From: Vitrella brassicaformis CCMP3155
Lineage: Eukaryota; Protista; Chromerida
Reading direction: 5' to 3'
NCBI GenBank assembly: GCA_001179505.1
Contig: CDMY01000397.1
Location: 23,552-87,551 of the forward strand
Length of the DNA: 64,000 nucleotides
Part shown: positions 1 through 10,658 of the stretch, in pieces
How positions within the stretch are numbered: position 1 is the stretch's first letter
How the letters are laid out: each line of letters opens with the position of its first letter
Translations under genes and position numbers: made by a program
Notes under the pieces: model-generated
The model's database searches: none
What the model was told of the DNA's origin: nothing
Seen by the model: the letters and a program-made list of their open reading frames with translations, nothing else

Positions 1-69
1 AACACACACACACACACACACACACATGCTGCCTCCCTACCCGGCTGGCTGACTGACTGACTGCCTGAC

Positions 70-1153
70 CTTCTTGTAGTCGTATGTCCTGGCCAGCGCG
101 TCCTCGGGCAGCGTGTCCTTCGGGCCATCGGCCTCTGCACAAACAAACGCACACGCAGGGGGAAACAAGCGGCCATCCATACCTACTTTCTGTGTGGGTG
201 TGAGCCGCCCCCGTCTCACGTACTGTCTTCATAGTTGATGATCCTCCGTTTCTGCACAAAAACAGGTCAGTCGTATCGCACCAAGCCTCAGTGTGTGTCT
301 GGCTGGTCAACGCTTATCCGTTGTCGGCCCACCGATTCTGGCCATGGGATGACGGTCCCTGTCTTCTTAGAGATGCGCACTGATACATAAGGGGGGAGAG
401 GAGGGATGCTTCCGATCAGAAACCATTTGCCCGCCATCTCACCTTTCTGCCCGTCATCAGTGTACCGCAGTGCCACTCTCGTCGTCTCTCTGCAACACAC
501 ACACACACACAGATGCAGAGATCATGGGCGTATCGACCGCTTGGCGGGCAAGTGATGTGTGGACCTGAGGACAGGGTCGAGGAGCAGCACATTGGAGTAG
601 TGGATCTTCTTCTCAATGTAGATCCACTTGTTCTGCCAGAAGATCTTCCGCTGAACACCAGACACACACACACACACACGGGCGACACAGGGTCAAGAAA
701 CCATGGAGGCCTTGCCCGTCTTCCCTTTTCCAAGCTGACCAGGTTGCATCCCTTGACCTTGACCTGGTTTCTGAGCGCATCGGTCGCCAGCACCTTGCCC
801 GTCTTGCCCTTCTCCTTACCCATTATCACGCCAACCTGAACACACACACACAAACATGCACTCACTCACTCCCACCTGAGTGGTGCACCACCCCGCTGGT
901 CCTTCGAATCTCTCACCTCATCCCCCGGTTTGATCTTCCAGTGTCTGATGATGTTGCGCGGCTTCACCATCTTCGGGCCGCGGGCATCCCACCGCATGTA
1001 AGGGGCCGCGCCGGGATGAATCAGGCAGACTGAGAGGGCGGGGTGGGCAGATGGCGGGGCTGCCGAGGACGTGGCTGAGGCCGACAGGCATCCTGCAGTG
1101 GCATCAGCAGCACTGCTCGTTCCTCTCACGCCTCTCGTTGCAGCACGGAACAT
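70..1153 (-). CDS. MRPL24: Mitochondrial ribosomal protein uL24m (multi-exon; 3' end runs off the left edge)
   Basis: Spliced exons read MFRAATRGVRG (transit-peptide-like)...WKIKPGDEV / GVIMGKEKGKTGKVL (KOW motif) ...NQVKVKGCNL / EKKIHYSNVLLLDP / PTRVALRYTDDGQKV..ISKKTGTVIPWP / DGPKDTLPEDALARTYDYKK. These are the uL24 signature blocks plus a mitochondrial-type extension. Confidence 0.9.
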
Positions 1154-1344
1154 CGGGCAGTGGCAGCAGCAGACGGTCAGTGGCACACGGCGGCCTCTCT
1201 CGCCCGCTCGTGTGCTCTTCTCTCTCCACGCTGGGGGACTTAGCTCGCAAGTGTCGCAACAGTGGCAGACGAAATGGCGTCAGCGATGGTCCCAGGAACT
1301 GCCATTGAGTCAGCGGAGAAGACGCCGGCCCTTGAGTTTGATAG

Positions 1345-3863
1345 ATGCAAGCCCACGCGTCGCCGATGAGCGCCACCGCTGCTGCAGCAGCATCAGCATC
1401 GGAAGCATCAGCACAGGCGACGTCTGCTGCTGCTGCTGCAGCTGCTGCAGCTGTTGGGTCTGCACCATTAGCCCAGGTACGAATGCACCATCACCATGCA
1501 TCGTACTTGGACGGACTCCTCTGTATCGTGTTGCTGCCTTGGCCGACCAGCAGCCACCTGCCGACGCCCCTTCTCGCACGCACGACAGCCGCCCACACTC
1601 TGTCGGCTGTCGCCTCATCAGCCGCCCTGATGGCGTCGCCCTGTCAATCGCAGCTGCGGCCTCATCAGCTGCCTCTGGGGCGGCACCAGCGGTCGAGCAG
1701 ACGACACCAGGGATGGTCCTGGCGGGGCTGCTGGGGTCGCAGGAGCACCAGCCGCAGCTACAGATAGAGGAAGGGACAGTAGATCGTCCGGTAGGTACAC
1801 ATTGACGCACTGAATGGGCAGCCAGACACTCTCACATGGATCCATGTGGGTGCCCTGCTTGGTCTCACATGTGTGCAGGTGTCAGGTCTCACGCATCTCC
1901 CCGTCAGCTCGCCCCCTCTGCCCGCCGCCCAGCCGCCCTCTCTGCACGAGGCATTCCCACCACCACCACCAGCAGCGTCATCAGCAGCTGCATCTGCATC
2001 AGTATCACCATCAGCATCACCATCACCGGCAGTGGCTGAGCGGGCGCGGGACGTGCTGCCTCCCGCCGGAGGGATACTAGCTGAGGTATGCACGCATACA
2101 GGCAGAAGAGAAAGGCGCCGCATTCATGGAAGCGCTTTTTTGCGTTGTTTGATGCAGGACCGTGACATTGGGGGGCCCGCGGCTGCAGCGGCAGCTGCTT
2201 GGGAGGGGCTGTCGAGCGGCATGGATTTCCTTCTTGAAGCGGCGGACCCTCCAGGTGACAGCTTGGAGGCTGCGCTGTACCAGATGGAGCACATGATAGG
2301 TAGACAAGGCAAGACAAGGCAAGCCACACGCTGGCAGCCACACCTGTCGTATGTATCTCGCCTCTGCAGAGGGTATCATTCGTTGCTGCGGGCCCCCCCA
2401 GATGGCCAAGACGCACAGCAGGTAATCCCCTGTACAGAACCGGGATATATCCCGATACAGATCATCTGTGCGCTGTTCCTCGCTCACAACAGGCGGGTCC
2501 GAGCATCACTGGACCGGTTGCTGGGGGACCTCCAGACATACACACACTACTCCATGTAAGTAGACGGATCAGCGAGCGTACGATGGACGTAAAAAGTCAA
2601 ATTTCATCATTGCATCAATCAGGTGTCGGCTTCTGTGTCTGCTGCTGCTTCTGCTGCTGCCGGCCTCCTTCACGCTCAGCCGTTGCCGTCCTCCGCCCAC
2701 CAAGAAGGAACGCTCAACATGCCCACTCACCCCCGCCCACCGCACCGCCCCCCATTCCGACCACCCACACCCTTCGCGTCACACCGCCCTGCTGTCGTGC
2801 CCTTCGCCAATGCGCCGATCGCTCTGCGGCCTCGATCCTCGCTTGGCCCCGGCGTGGGCCGCCCCGCACTCACCCCAGCACAACCCTCACCACCACCACC
2901 AGCATCAGCAGGGGCGTCAGCATCACCGGCAGTGGTGGAGCTGCCACCGAGGGACGGGCCGTCGCCGGTCGGAGGGATACGGGATGAGGTATGCACGCAT
3001 ACACGGGCCGAAAAGAAATGGCCCGCATTCATTCATGGATGCGTTTCTTGCGTCGTGATGCAGGAGTGTGTGGGCCCGGCGTCGGCCGAGTTGCAGTCTC
3101 TGCACACGATGCTCAGGAGCTTGGCGACTGCGTCTGGTCCTGTACAGGCTACCGGCTCCAACGCGGCACTGGATCAGATGGGCCTCACGATAGGTAAGCC
3201 AAAGCCAAGCCGGCGGTGCGATGAGCTGTCTCATACCCTCCCTGTCCCGGTGTCTGTGCAGCTGGCATGGCGGAGAGGTGCACGCTCACGGGGCATCAGA
3301 ACCTGGTACATAGAGCAATAGTAATCCAATCAACACATGCAGCCCTCGGCCCGCCATCTCTGTGTCGATGTGTGGTTCACTCACTGCAGACTGGCGCGGC
3401 CACGGCAGCCATCGCCGCGCCATCGAACGTGCCTGTAAGCAGATGGATGAAGGCCTAATTGATGCATCCAAAGATGTCGTTCGTCGTCGATCGATGTGTG
3501 CATCGGTCTGTGCCTCAGGTGGCAGCACCGGTGTCTGCTTCTGCTCCCGGCTTCTCATTCTCCCCTATGCCGTACCAGGCCCCTCACCTCCGCCCGCCAG
3601 CCTTCACATATCACCACACTGCTGCCATGCCGCACCCGCCGTCGGCACCGCCTCCTGCAGTGGTCCTCCCCGCCCCATCCCCAGCCGCAGCACATGTGAG
3701 AGTGATGCCAAACCAAGTACCACTGCAGTACCCGACGCATCACGGCATCCCCGGGCCGGGGGGGCACCCGATGCCGCCGCCGGGCAACACAGCTGGGCGG
3801 ACCACCAGAGGGGCGTGCCCGTGGGCGACGCATGGCAGAATTGGACAGGGGGACGTGCAGTGA
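1345..3863 (+). CDS. Hypothetical Ala/Pro/His-rich low-complexity protein (multi-exon); member of a family repeated at ~6.1-7.0 kb and ~55.6-57.1 kb
   Basis: In-frame GT-AG joins can be traced (MQAHASP...APLAQ|QPPADAPSRTHDSRP...). Exons and introns are homologous to 55670-57109, and the terminal exon (..NTAGRTTRGACPWATHG..) is near-identical to 6553-7011. Confidence 0.5.
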
Positions 3864-4118
3864 CAGGGGTGAGGCGACTCACTCACTGACTGACTGACTG
3901 ACTGACTGATCGGGTGGGGGGTGGAGAGAAAGAGGCTATACGTAGACACTCATGTTGGTAGCTATGACAGGGTGAATTGGATGGATGGATGGACTCATGA
4001 GTCAGAATTGGACCTTCCTCGCATAGATTGACTGACTCATTGACTGACTGACTGACTGCCTGGCTGATCGAGTTGCCAGCACCGCACGCAGGCTGACTGA
4101 CTGGGTGGTTGGGTGGGG

Positions 4119-4220
4119 TCTCCACCAGCATGAATGTCTGTCTACGTCGGTTCACAGGGATGTAATGGCTATTACATACTTGTGTGAACCGACGTAGACA
4201 GACAATCATGCTGGTGGAGA
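4119..4220. other. 102-nt foldback inverted repeat (pre-miRNA-like hairpin or MITE-like element)
   Basis: Arm 4119-4156 (tctccaccagcatgaatgtctgtctacgtcggttcaca) is the reverse complement of 4183-4220 with one mismatch. Inner stem atgtaat/attacat (4160-4166/4171-4177) closes a 4-nt loop. TGGGG lies directly on both sides (4114-4118, 4221-4225). Confidence 0.85.
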
Positions 4221-4324
4221 TGGGGTTGTGCATAGATGGATGGATGGATGGATGGGGGAGGGTGCGGGATCGAGCACCTGGCCGTGGCGGGCGGCCATTA
4301 TATTTACTAATCGAAATTTACGAG

Positions 4325-5757
4325 ATGGAGGAGAATCCTCCTGGGCAGCAGGAGAACACCAACGAGGACACCGACCGCATCCAGCCCGCCAACGCCGACC
4401 AGGACGCACCAACGATGGCCGCCGCGCCATCCCGGAGTTCTTCGCCGCGCGAGCGCGAATACTAGCAGCAGGAGGTAGAGGGCAGTGCGCGGGTGGTCCA
4501 GCTGGGCGAGGAGGATGCTGCGTCGGCTTCGGGGTCTGGTGCCGCGCAGGTGTTCGATATGCACGCCGACGGGGAGCACAAGTTCAACCTAGACGGTAGG
4601 GTGGCCACAGAAAGGCAGGAGGAGGGTTTCTATGGACATATTTTCCATCTTTGTGGGTGCGCATGGGTGTGCAGCCGACACCACAGGTGCCCGATGCCTC
4701 ACATCGCAGCAGTTCAAGGACTTCTTCAACAAGAAGGGTACGGAGGGAGGATGCTACCGACACGCCACACGCCTCCATAACTGCACCACACCGCACTCAT
4801 CCTTCATCCACTTGTGTGTATGGGTGCGGTGCAGTGGCGGGGTTCACCTCCGAGACCTGGAGAAGTTCTACCAGCTCATGCATATCAAGGCCGCGGAGCA
4901 GCCGGAGGGCGCTGCTGCCGCTGCCGCTGCTGCTGGTGCGTCGGGCGACGGTGTGGACTTCGAGGAGTTCGTGAACTTCTTCGCGCCGCCGGCGGACAGC
5001 AACGGCAACAACCCCGTGCGCAGCGTGTCCGACAACATGAAGACACTCAAGGAGGAGATGAACAGTAAGCACCCCAGCCCACCCCATCCCCACAACAACA
5101 CAACATACCACACCGCACCGCACCACCCTCCTCTCTCCCCCCCTGTTGTTTTCTTCCTTTGCAGAGTTCGTGGCTCAGTCGCAGTCCATCCTCGGCACCA
5201 CCGGTGCGACCGCGACGGCCACCGAGGCCCAGAAGGACCAGGAGGGCCAGGAGGGCGGCAACAAGGAGATCGTGGAGGACGGCGACCAGCGGCAACAGCA
5301 GATGGAGGAGGGACAGGGGCATGGTGAGGGCGAAGGTGAGGAGGGCGATAGCAGTGGTGACGGTACAGTAACTGCCGCGGCTGGGGGCGACGGTATCGAG
5401 GGTGGCGAGGGGGGAGCTGGTGTGGGCGACGGCGAGGAGGGTAACGAGGCTGAGGGTGAGAGGGGCGACCCGGCCATGATTCTGCGCAAGAAACTGTTCC
5501 TGCACCGCGTCTACGCACTGTAAGCCACACGACACACACACACACACACACAAGAGAAGGGCTAGGGATGGGTGTGGGGGATGAGGGGAAGGACCATCCA
5601 TCTGTGTGTGTGTGTTGATGTGTGGCATGTGTGCAGGATGATGATAGAACGGTTTGAGGAGGCCGTCACCCAGCTGCGTGGCGTCAACTTCGAGCTCACC
5701 AACCACACCAGGAAGATAGGTATCCAGCTGCCCACCCCCCCCCCCCCCCCCCCCCCC
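4325..5757 (+). CDS. Hypothetical protein with EF-hand-like segments and an acidic Gly/Glu-rich region; in-frame TAG at 4463-4465; truncated by the assembly gap
   Basis: Exons DADTTGARCLTSQQFKDFF, GDGVDFEEFVNFF, EAQKDQEGQEGG..., ILRKKLFLHRVYAL, MMIERFEEAVTQLRG have GC3-rich codons and GT-AG introns. The EF-hand call is based on motif resemblance only. Confidence 0.5.
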
Positions 5758-6057
5758 NNNNNNNNNNNNNNNNNNNNNNNNNNNNNNNNNNNNNNNNNNN
5801 NNNNNNNNNNNNNNNNNNNNNNNNNNNNNNNNNNNNNNNNNNNNNNNNNNNNNNNNNNNNNNNNNNNNNNNNNNNNNNNNNNNNNNNNNNNNNNNNNNNN
5901 NNNNNNNNNNNNNNNNNNNNNNNNNNNNNNNNNNNNNNNNNNNNNNNNNNNNNNNNNNNNNNNNNNNNNNNNNNNNNNNNNNNNNNNNNNNNNNNNNNNN
6001 NNNNNNNNNNNNNNNNNNNNNNNNNNNNNNNNNNNNNNNNNNNNNNNNNNNNNNNNN
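5758..6057. other. Assembly gap (300 N) flanked by poly-C tracts
   Basis: Directly visible. Confidence 0.99.
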
Positions 6058-6149
6058 CCCCCCCCCCCCCCCCCCCCCCCCTGAGACACACACAAAACCA
6101 AAACACCATGGCCTGTCTGACCGTCCGTTCTCATCTCGTTCGTGCGTTC

Positions 6150-7011
6150 AGACGGTTTTGACGAGTTGCCGTGTGAAAACCCTCTGCCCGCCGCCCAGCC
6201 GCCCAGCGTGGGTTTCCTCCTTCTCCAATCGACGCTCAAGAGTTTGGCGGGTGGAGCTGCCACCGGCATCAACGAAGCATTAGATCAGATGTACCAGATG
6301 ATAGGTAAGCCAAAGCCAAGCCGGCGAGCGCTGCGATGACCTGTCTCACCCTCCCCGTCTCGGCCTCTGTGCAGCTGGGATAATGGAGACATACACGCTC
6401 CCGCCGGATCAAAACCTGGTACACCAATCGACATACAGCCCTGCACGCCATCTCTGTGTTAATATGTCGTTCACTCACTGCAGACTGGCGCGGCCACGGC
6501 AGCCATCGCCGCGCCATCGAGCGTGCCTGTAAGTAGATCGATGAAGACCTAATTGATGCATCCAAAGATGTCGTTCGTCGTCGATCGATGTGTGCATCGG
6601 TCTGTGCCTCAGGTGGCGGCACCGGTGTCTGCTGCCGCTCCCGGCTTCTCATTCTCCGCTATGCCGTACCAGGCCCCTCACCTCCGCCCGCCCCCCTCCT
6701 TAGCGCCCCCAGTGAGGCCTAACACACCCAGCTACATCTGCCCGCCGCCCTTCACATACCACCACACTGCTGCCATGCCGCACCCGCCGTCGGCACCGCC
6801 TCCTGCAGTGGTCCTCCCCGCCCCATCCCCAGCCCCAGCACATGTGATGATGATGCCAAACCAAGCACCACTGCAGTACCCGACGCATCACGGCATCCCC
6901 GGGCCGGGGGGGCACCCGATGCCGCCGCCGGGCAACACACCTGGGCGGACCACCAGAGGGGCGTGCCCGTGGGCGACGCATGGCAGAATTGGACAGGGGG
7001 GCGGGCAGTGA
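6150..7011 (+). CDS. Second copy of the Pro/His-rich C-terminal cassette (partial; 5' part in or beyond the gap)
   Basis: About 6240-7070 aligns closely with about 3110-3915, including introns and the 3' trailer gtgacaggggtgaggcgactcactcactgac. Confidence 0.55.
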
Positions 7012-7816
7012 CAGGGGTGAGGCGACTCACTCACTGACTGACTGACTGACTGAACGACTCACTGACTGATCGGGTGTGTCAGACAGGCCGAACTGAGTTT
7101 CTTTTGATGGCCGTGGCTTCGCGCAAGCGATGGCTTTCTTTGCACCCATCAGCTTAGACTCCCTTTTCGTTCGTTCTGTGTGTGTGCGCTGGTCTGCCCG
7201 TCTCTCTCCGTGTGGTTTGTTGTCATGCATTCGCATCGACGGCGTTGTTCTGCTGTTTGTCTCCGCGCCCCCTGCACATGAGGCAGGCAGCAGAATGACG
7301 CCAACGAATGAAAATGCGGTGACACACCACATGGGACGAGGAAGCCCCACACGCAACATGGGCGGGTGAGTGGATGATGACTGTCGATGGACGCTACATG
7401 ACTGTGTGTGTGTGATGGACCGTGTGTGTCAAGAGGAATCATCGAGATGAGAGTGCCCCGGTGTTGTCTGTACAGCCTCACACGTATGGATACGTGCAGC
7501 ACGCCACACGCACACAAGTCCGTCGATAAAGGGATTCATTCCATCGGCTGGCTATAGACATGAAGACACACACAGACTTAGATGGATAGAATCCTCTTCG
7601 ATGGCTTAAATGCACCCGCCGCCCCCAATTGGCCAAAAGAGACACTGTGCGCACACCGACAGCCAAAAACGAGTCGCCGCCTCCCATACACACACACGGA
7701 CGCCATGTGTGTTTGTGCATCGTCGGTGAAAAGAAATCGGCTATTCGACGTGTCAATGCACCTCAGACACGTCTATCACACAAACACACGTTTGCCTGTC
7801 TCTCTCTCAGCAGCTG

Positions 7817-10308
7817 TCACGTCGATCGTGAGTCCATCATGACAGAGGCGACGGCACTCACCCACTGCCACCCAGCAGACGGCTGCACATACACACAGGG
7901 AGATGGATCATTCATCGTGTGTGTCTTTCCTTCTCTTTCTGACCTGCAGTGTGAAGATCTCCATGTCGGCAGCCGTGAAGTTGAAGCTGGAGGCCAGCCA
8001 CACGCGGCCCTTGTTGTCGGTGGTCCCGATGTACTTCTTGTCGGCCGGTAGCTCCTCCTTCTTCTCCCACTGCTGGCAGCTGCGAACATCGGCTGCCGAG
8101 CCGTGATAGCCGATCCCCAGCCACAGGCGGCCAGGAGAATCGTCGGTCATGTCACCGATGCACACTATGGCGACTGGCTCACCGTTTCTGTCCTGGACCG
8201 CCCCCTGTGTGCCCGCCACCCTCACGTCCTGCTTGTCCTGTGGCAGCTCGATCTTGGTGATGCCGTTGCCCTCAAACGCACCACGCACCGAGAAGAGCGA
8301 CACAGCGCAGGGGGTCGTCGCCACTGCGGTGGGGTCGGCGGGCGAGGTGAGACCGCCCTCGATGTGGGAGGCGATGATGGGGCCGCCGAGGTCTTTGAGG
8401 AGCAGCAGGAGGTCGGTGGCATCGCCCACATTCTTGAACATGGCCTCGGGCTCCCAGCCGTCACGCTCACCCCTGAAACACAGACAGGCAGACAGACAGA
8501 CCAAGGCAGCCAGCAAGGGGATATCATTCACGAGGCACCAACAGCCTCCCTGTCTGTCTGTCGTCGGTTGCTCACTTGTACAGTAGGTGAGGGGTCGCAT
8601 CCGTCTTGCCGGTGGCGTCGACGAGTGCTCGCAGGTCAGCCTCAGACAGGATGGGGTCGGCCGGCCGGCACAGCACTCCACACCTGCACAGAGAGAGCAC
8701 AAAGGTCTCATGATACCCCACCCCCACCCAGATCTCAAATGCCTCGCTGGCTGACCTGGAAGACCTCCACCCGCTGGGCGGTGAAGTTGTGGGTCTTGCC
8801 CAATTTCCTGTTGCCCGGTAGCTCCTTCTTCTTCACCCACTGGCTGCAGTTGAGAAGGTCGTCAGTCGGGCCGTGCTCGCCATTCCCCAGCCACAGACGG
8901 CCGCCAGCGATGCACATTTTGCCCCAGGGCTCACCGTTCTTGTCCGTCACCGCCCCCCGTGTGCCCGCCGCCCACACGAAGTGCTCGTCGTGGAGCAGGT
9001 CGATCTTGGTGATGCCCTCCTCAAACGCACCGCACACTGAGAAGAGCGACACGGGGCAGCCGAAGTACAGCTGACACGTGGGGTCGGCTGGCAGCTGCAG
9101 CTTGGTGTCGGCGAAGACTGCGATGGTGTTGGTGTCGTCACACTTGATGACGAAAAGGAGGCCGCGCCGCCCCAGCACACGCTGCATCATGTTCGCATAC
9201 GACGAGCCGTGCAGCGAACTCCTGACACACACACAGACCACACACAGACACCCCAGACGGGCAAAGGCACAATCGCATAGAGAATGGCGCGATGCCCTTC
9301 GTTTGTCTGCTCTCACTTGAAGATGCAGGTTTTGTTGGGTTGTTTCTTGCCGATCATTATGAGGAGGGTCTGCATGACGTCGTTGGCGAGATGTTGGGGT
9401 ACATGGCCTCAAGGACGCCGTACATCTCACTCACACGGACCAGCTCATCCTGGTCAGCACACGAGGGCGGCGGGACGACGGCGCCATCGGGGGAGAGGCG
9501 ACACCGACGAGCGAAGTCGGCGATCCTGAAAACACCAACATGCGCTCTCTTCAAGTTGCCTGTGGTGGTTGTCTGGGTGCTTGCAGGTCGAAGTGGTGGG
9601 CCGACACATCGACAATGGGAGTGCGACCATACCTGCCCACGCGACACACAAGGGAGGCATGAAGACATCCATCCAATCATCCCCACAAGAGCCTGTCTTC
9701 TCACTTGGTGAATCGGTCGTTGAGTGTGTCGAAGTCGGCCAGCGTGGCATCGGTGGTCGCCACTGTGCGGCCGTCCACAGTCACACTGAGCACCTCCGCC
9801 CCTCCCCTGCCGCCCCGGACGGCCGACGACTTGATGAACATGCCCATCATGGCAATGAAGCTGTTGAATGCCGATTGGCTCTCGCTGTCCTCAGTAGGTT
9901 TGTCGATGGCGATGGGCGACTCGGCGAAGAAAATGCCGTGGTAGAAGGGGATGGGCTGCACCGCGTCGAAGATCTTGATCTCGTCGACCCACCCATGCTT
10001 CAAACGGCAGAGCTTCTCACCCAACCTGACACGCAGACAACCAACACACACACACAGCCAGCAGTGAGTGAATGAGTGAATGAGTGAATGAGTGTCATTG
10101 GCTGCATGCTCCCCTCGTCCCACCAGGAGAAGTAGAGTGGGTATGCGTCGATGAACAGAGTCCCGTCGGCATCCTGGAGCATCCACTCGTCGAACCGGTG
10201 GAGCAGCACCGCCACACACGTGCCCCGCAGCCCCTTGCGCAGCAGCACGCCACTCGGGAACGTCATGGCAAAGCCGCCGACATTGATCTGCATCACGCCG
10301 CCACTCAT
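7817..10308 (-). CDS. BTB/POZ (KCTD/T1-like) domain protein with two tandem TLDc-like domains (multi-exon; 3' end approximate)
   Basis: N-terminus MQINVGGFAMTFPSGVLL...LFIDAYPLYF resembles T1-type BTB. Two similar blocks follow: LLFVIK..PVSLFSVCGAFEEGITKI..GRLWLG..NFTAQRVEVFQ and LLLLLK..AVSLFSVRGAFEGNGITKI..GRLWLG..NFTAADMEIFTLQ. Confidence 0.7.
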
Positions 10309-10658
10309 GCTGCCTCTGTGCCCTTGCTGCTCGTCGATGATGACGCCTGCATGTGACGGGATGCCGATCAGACAAGAAGATAAATCACGAGACGATCTCG
10401 TGTGCTGGTGGAGCTGGGGACGCAAAGCACTCTCGCTCCACCCGGCGGATGGACGACGGGCCGACGGGCGGATGGAAATCTGAGCTTGCACGATCGCGAA
10501 TCACTGGGCAAACTGGAGAGATGATATGACAAGTCGTCGCCGTCGTTGATCAATCTGCATTGGAGTGAGTTGGATTTGTTTTCATCATCATTGCAATCAG
10601 CCGCAAGCGAGATCTCGGCGAGGGGAAGGGGAGCAGGGAGCATCAGAGCGCCATTGAG

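Noticed and set aside
5047-6272. ORFs spanning the N gap with poly-Gly/poly-Pro
   Set aside because: Artefacts of translating through Ns and poly-C.
7095-7161. Small stem-loop with a GCAA tetraloop (tcgc-gcaa-gcga; tgatgg/ccatca) considered as SECIS or ncRNA
   Set aside because: Short, interrupted helices. The SECIS non-Watson-Crick quartet geometry is absent and no in-frame TGA gene was found upstream. Compatible with chance.
7027-7800. Possible small gene in short ORFs between the cassette copy and the BTB gene
   Set aside because: I could not build a consistent spliced model or find a recognisable motif. It may be UTR or further exons of a neighbour.
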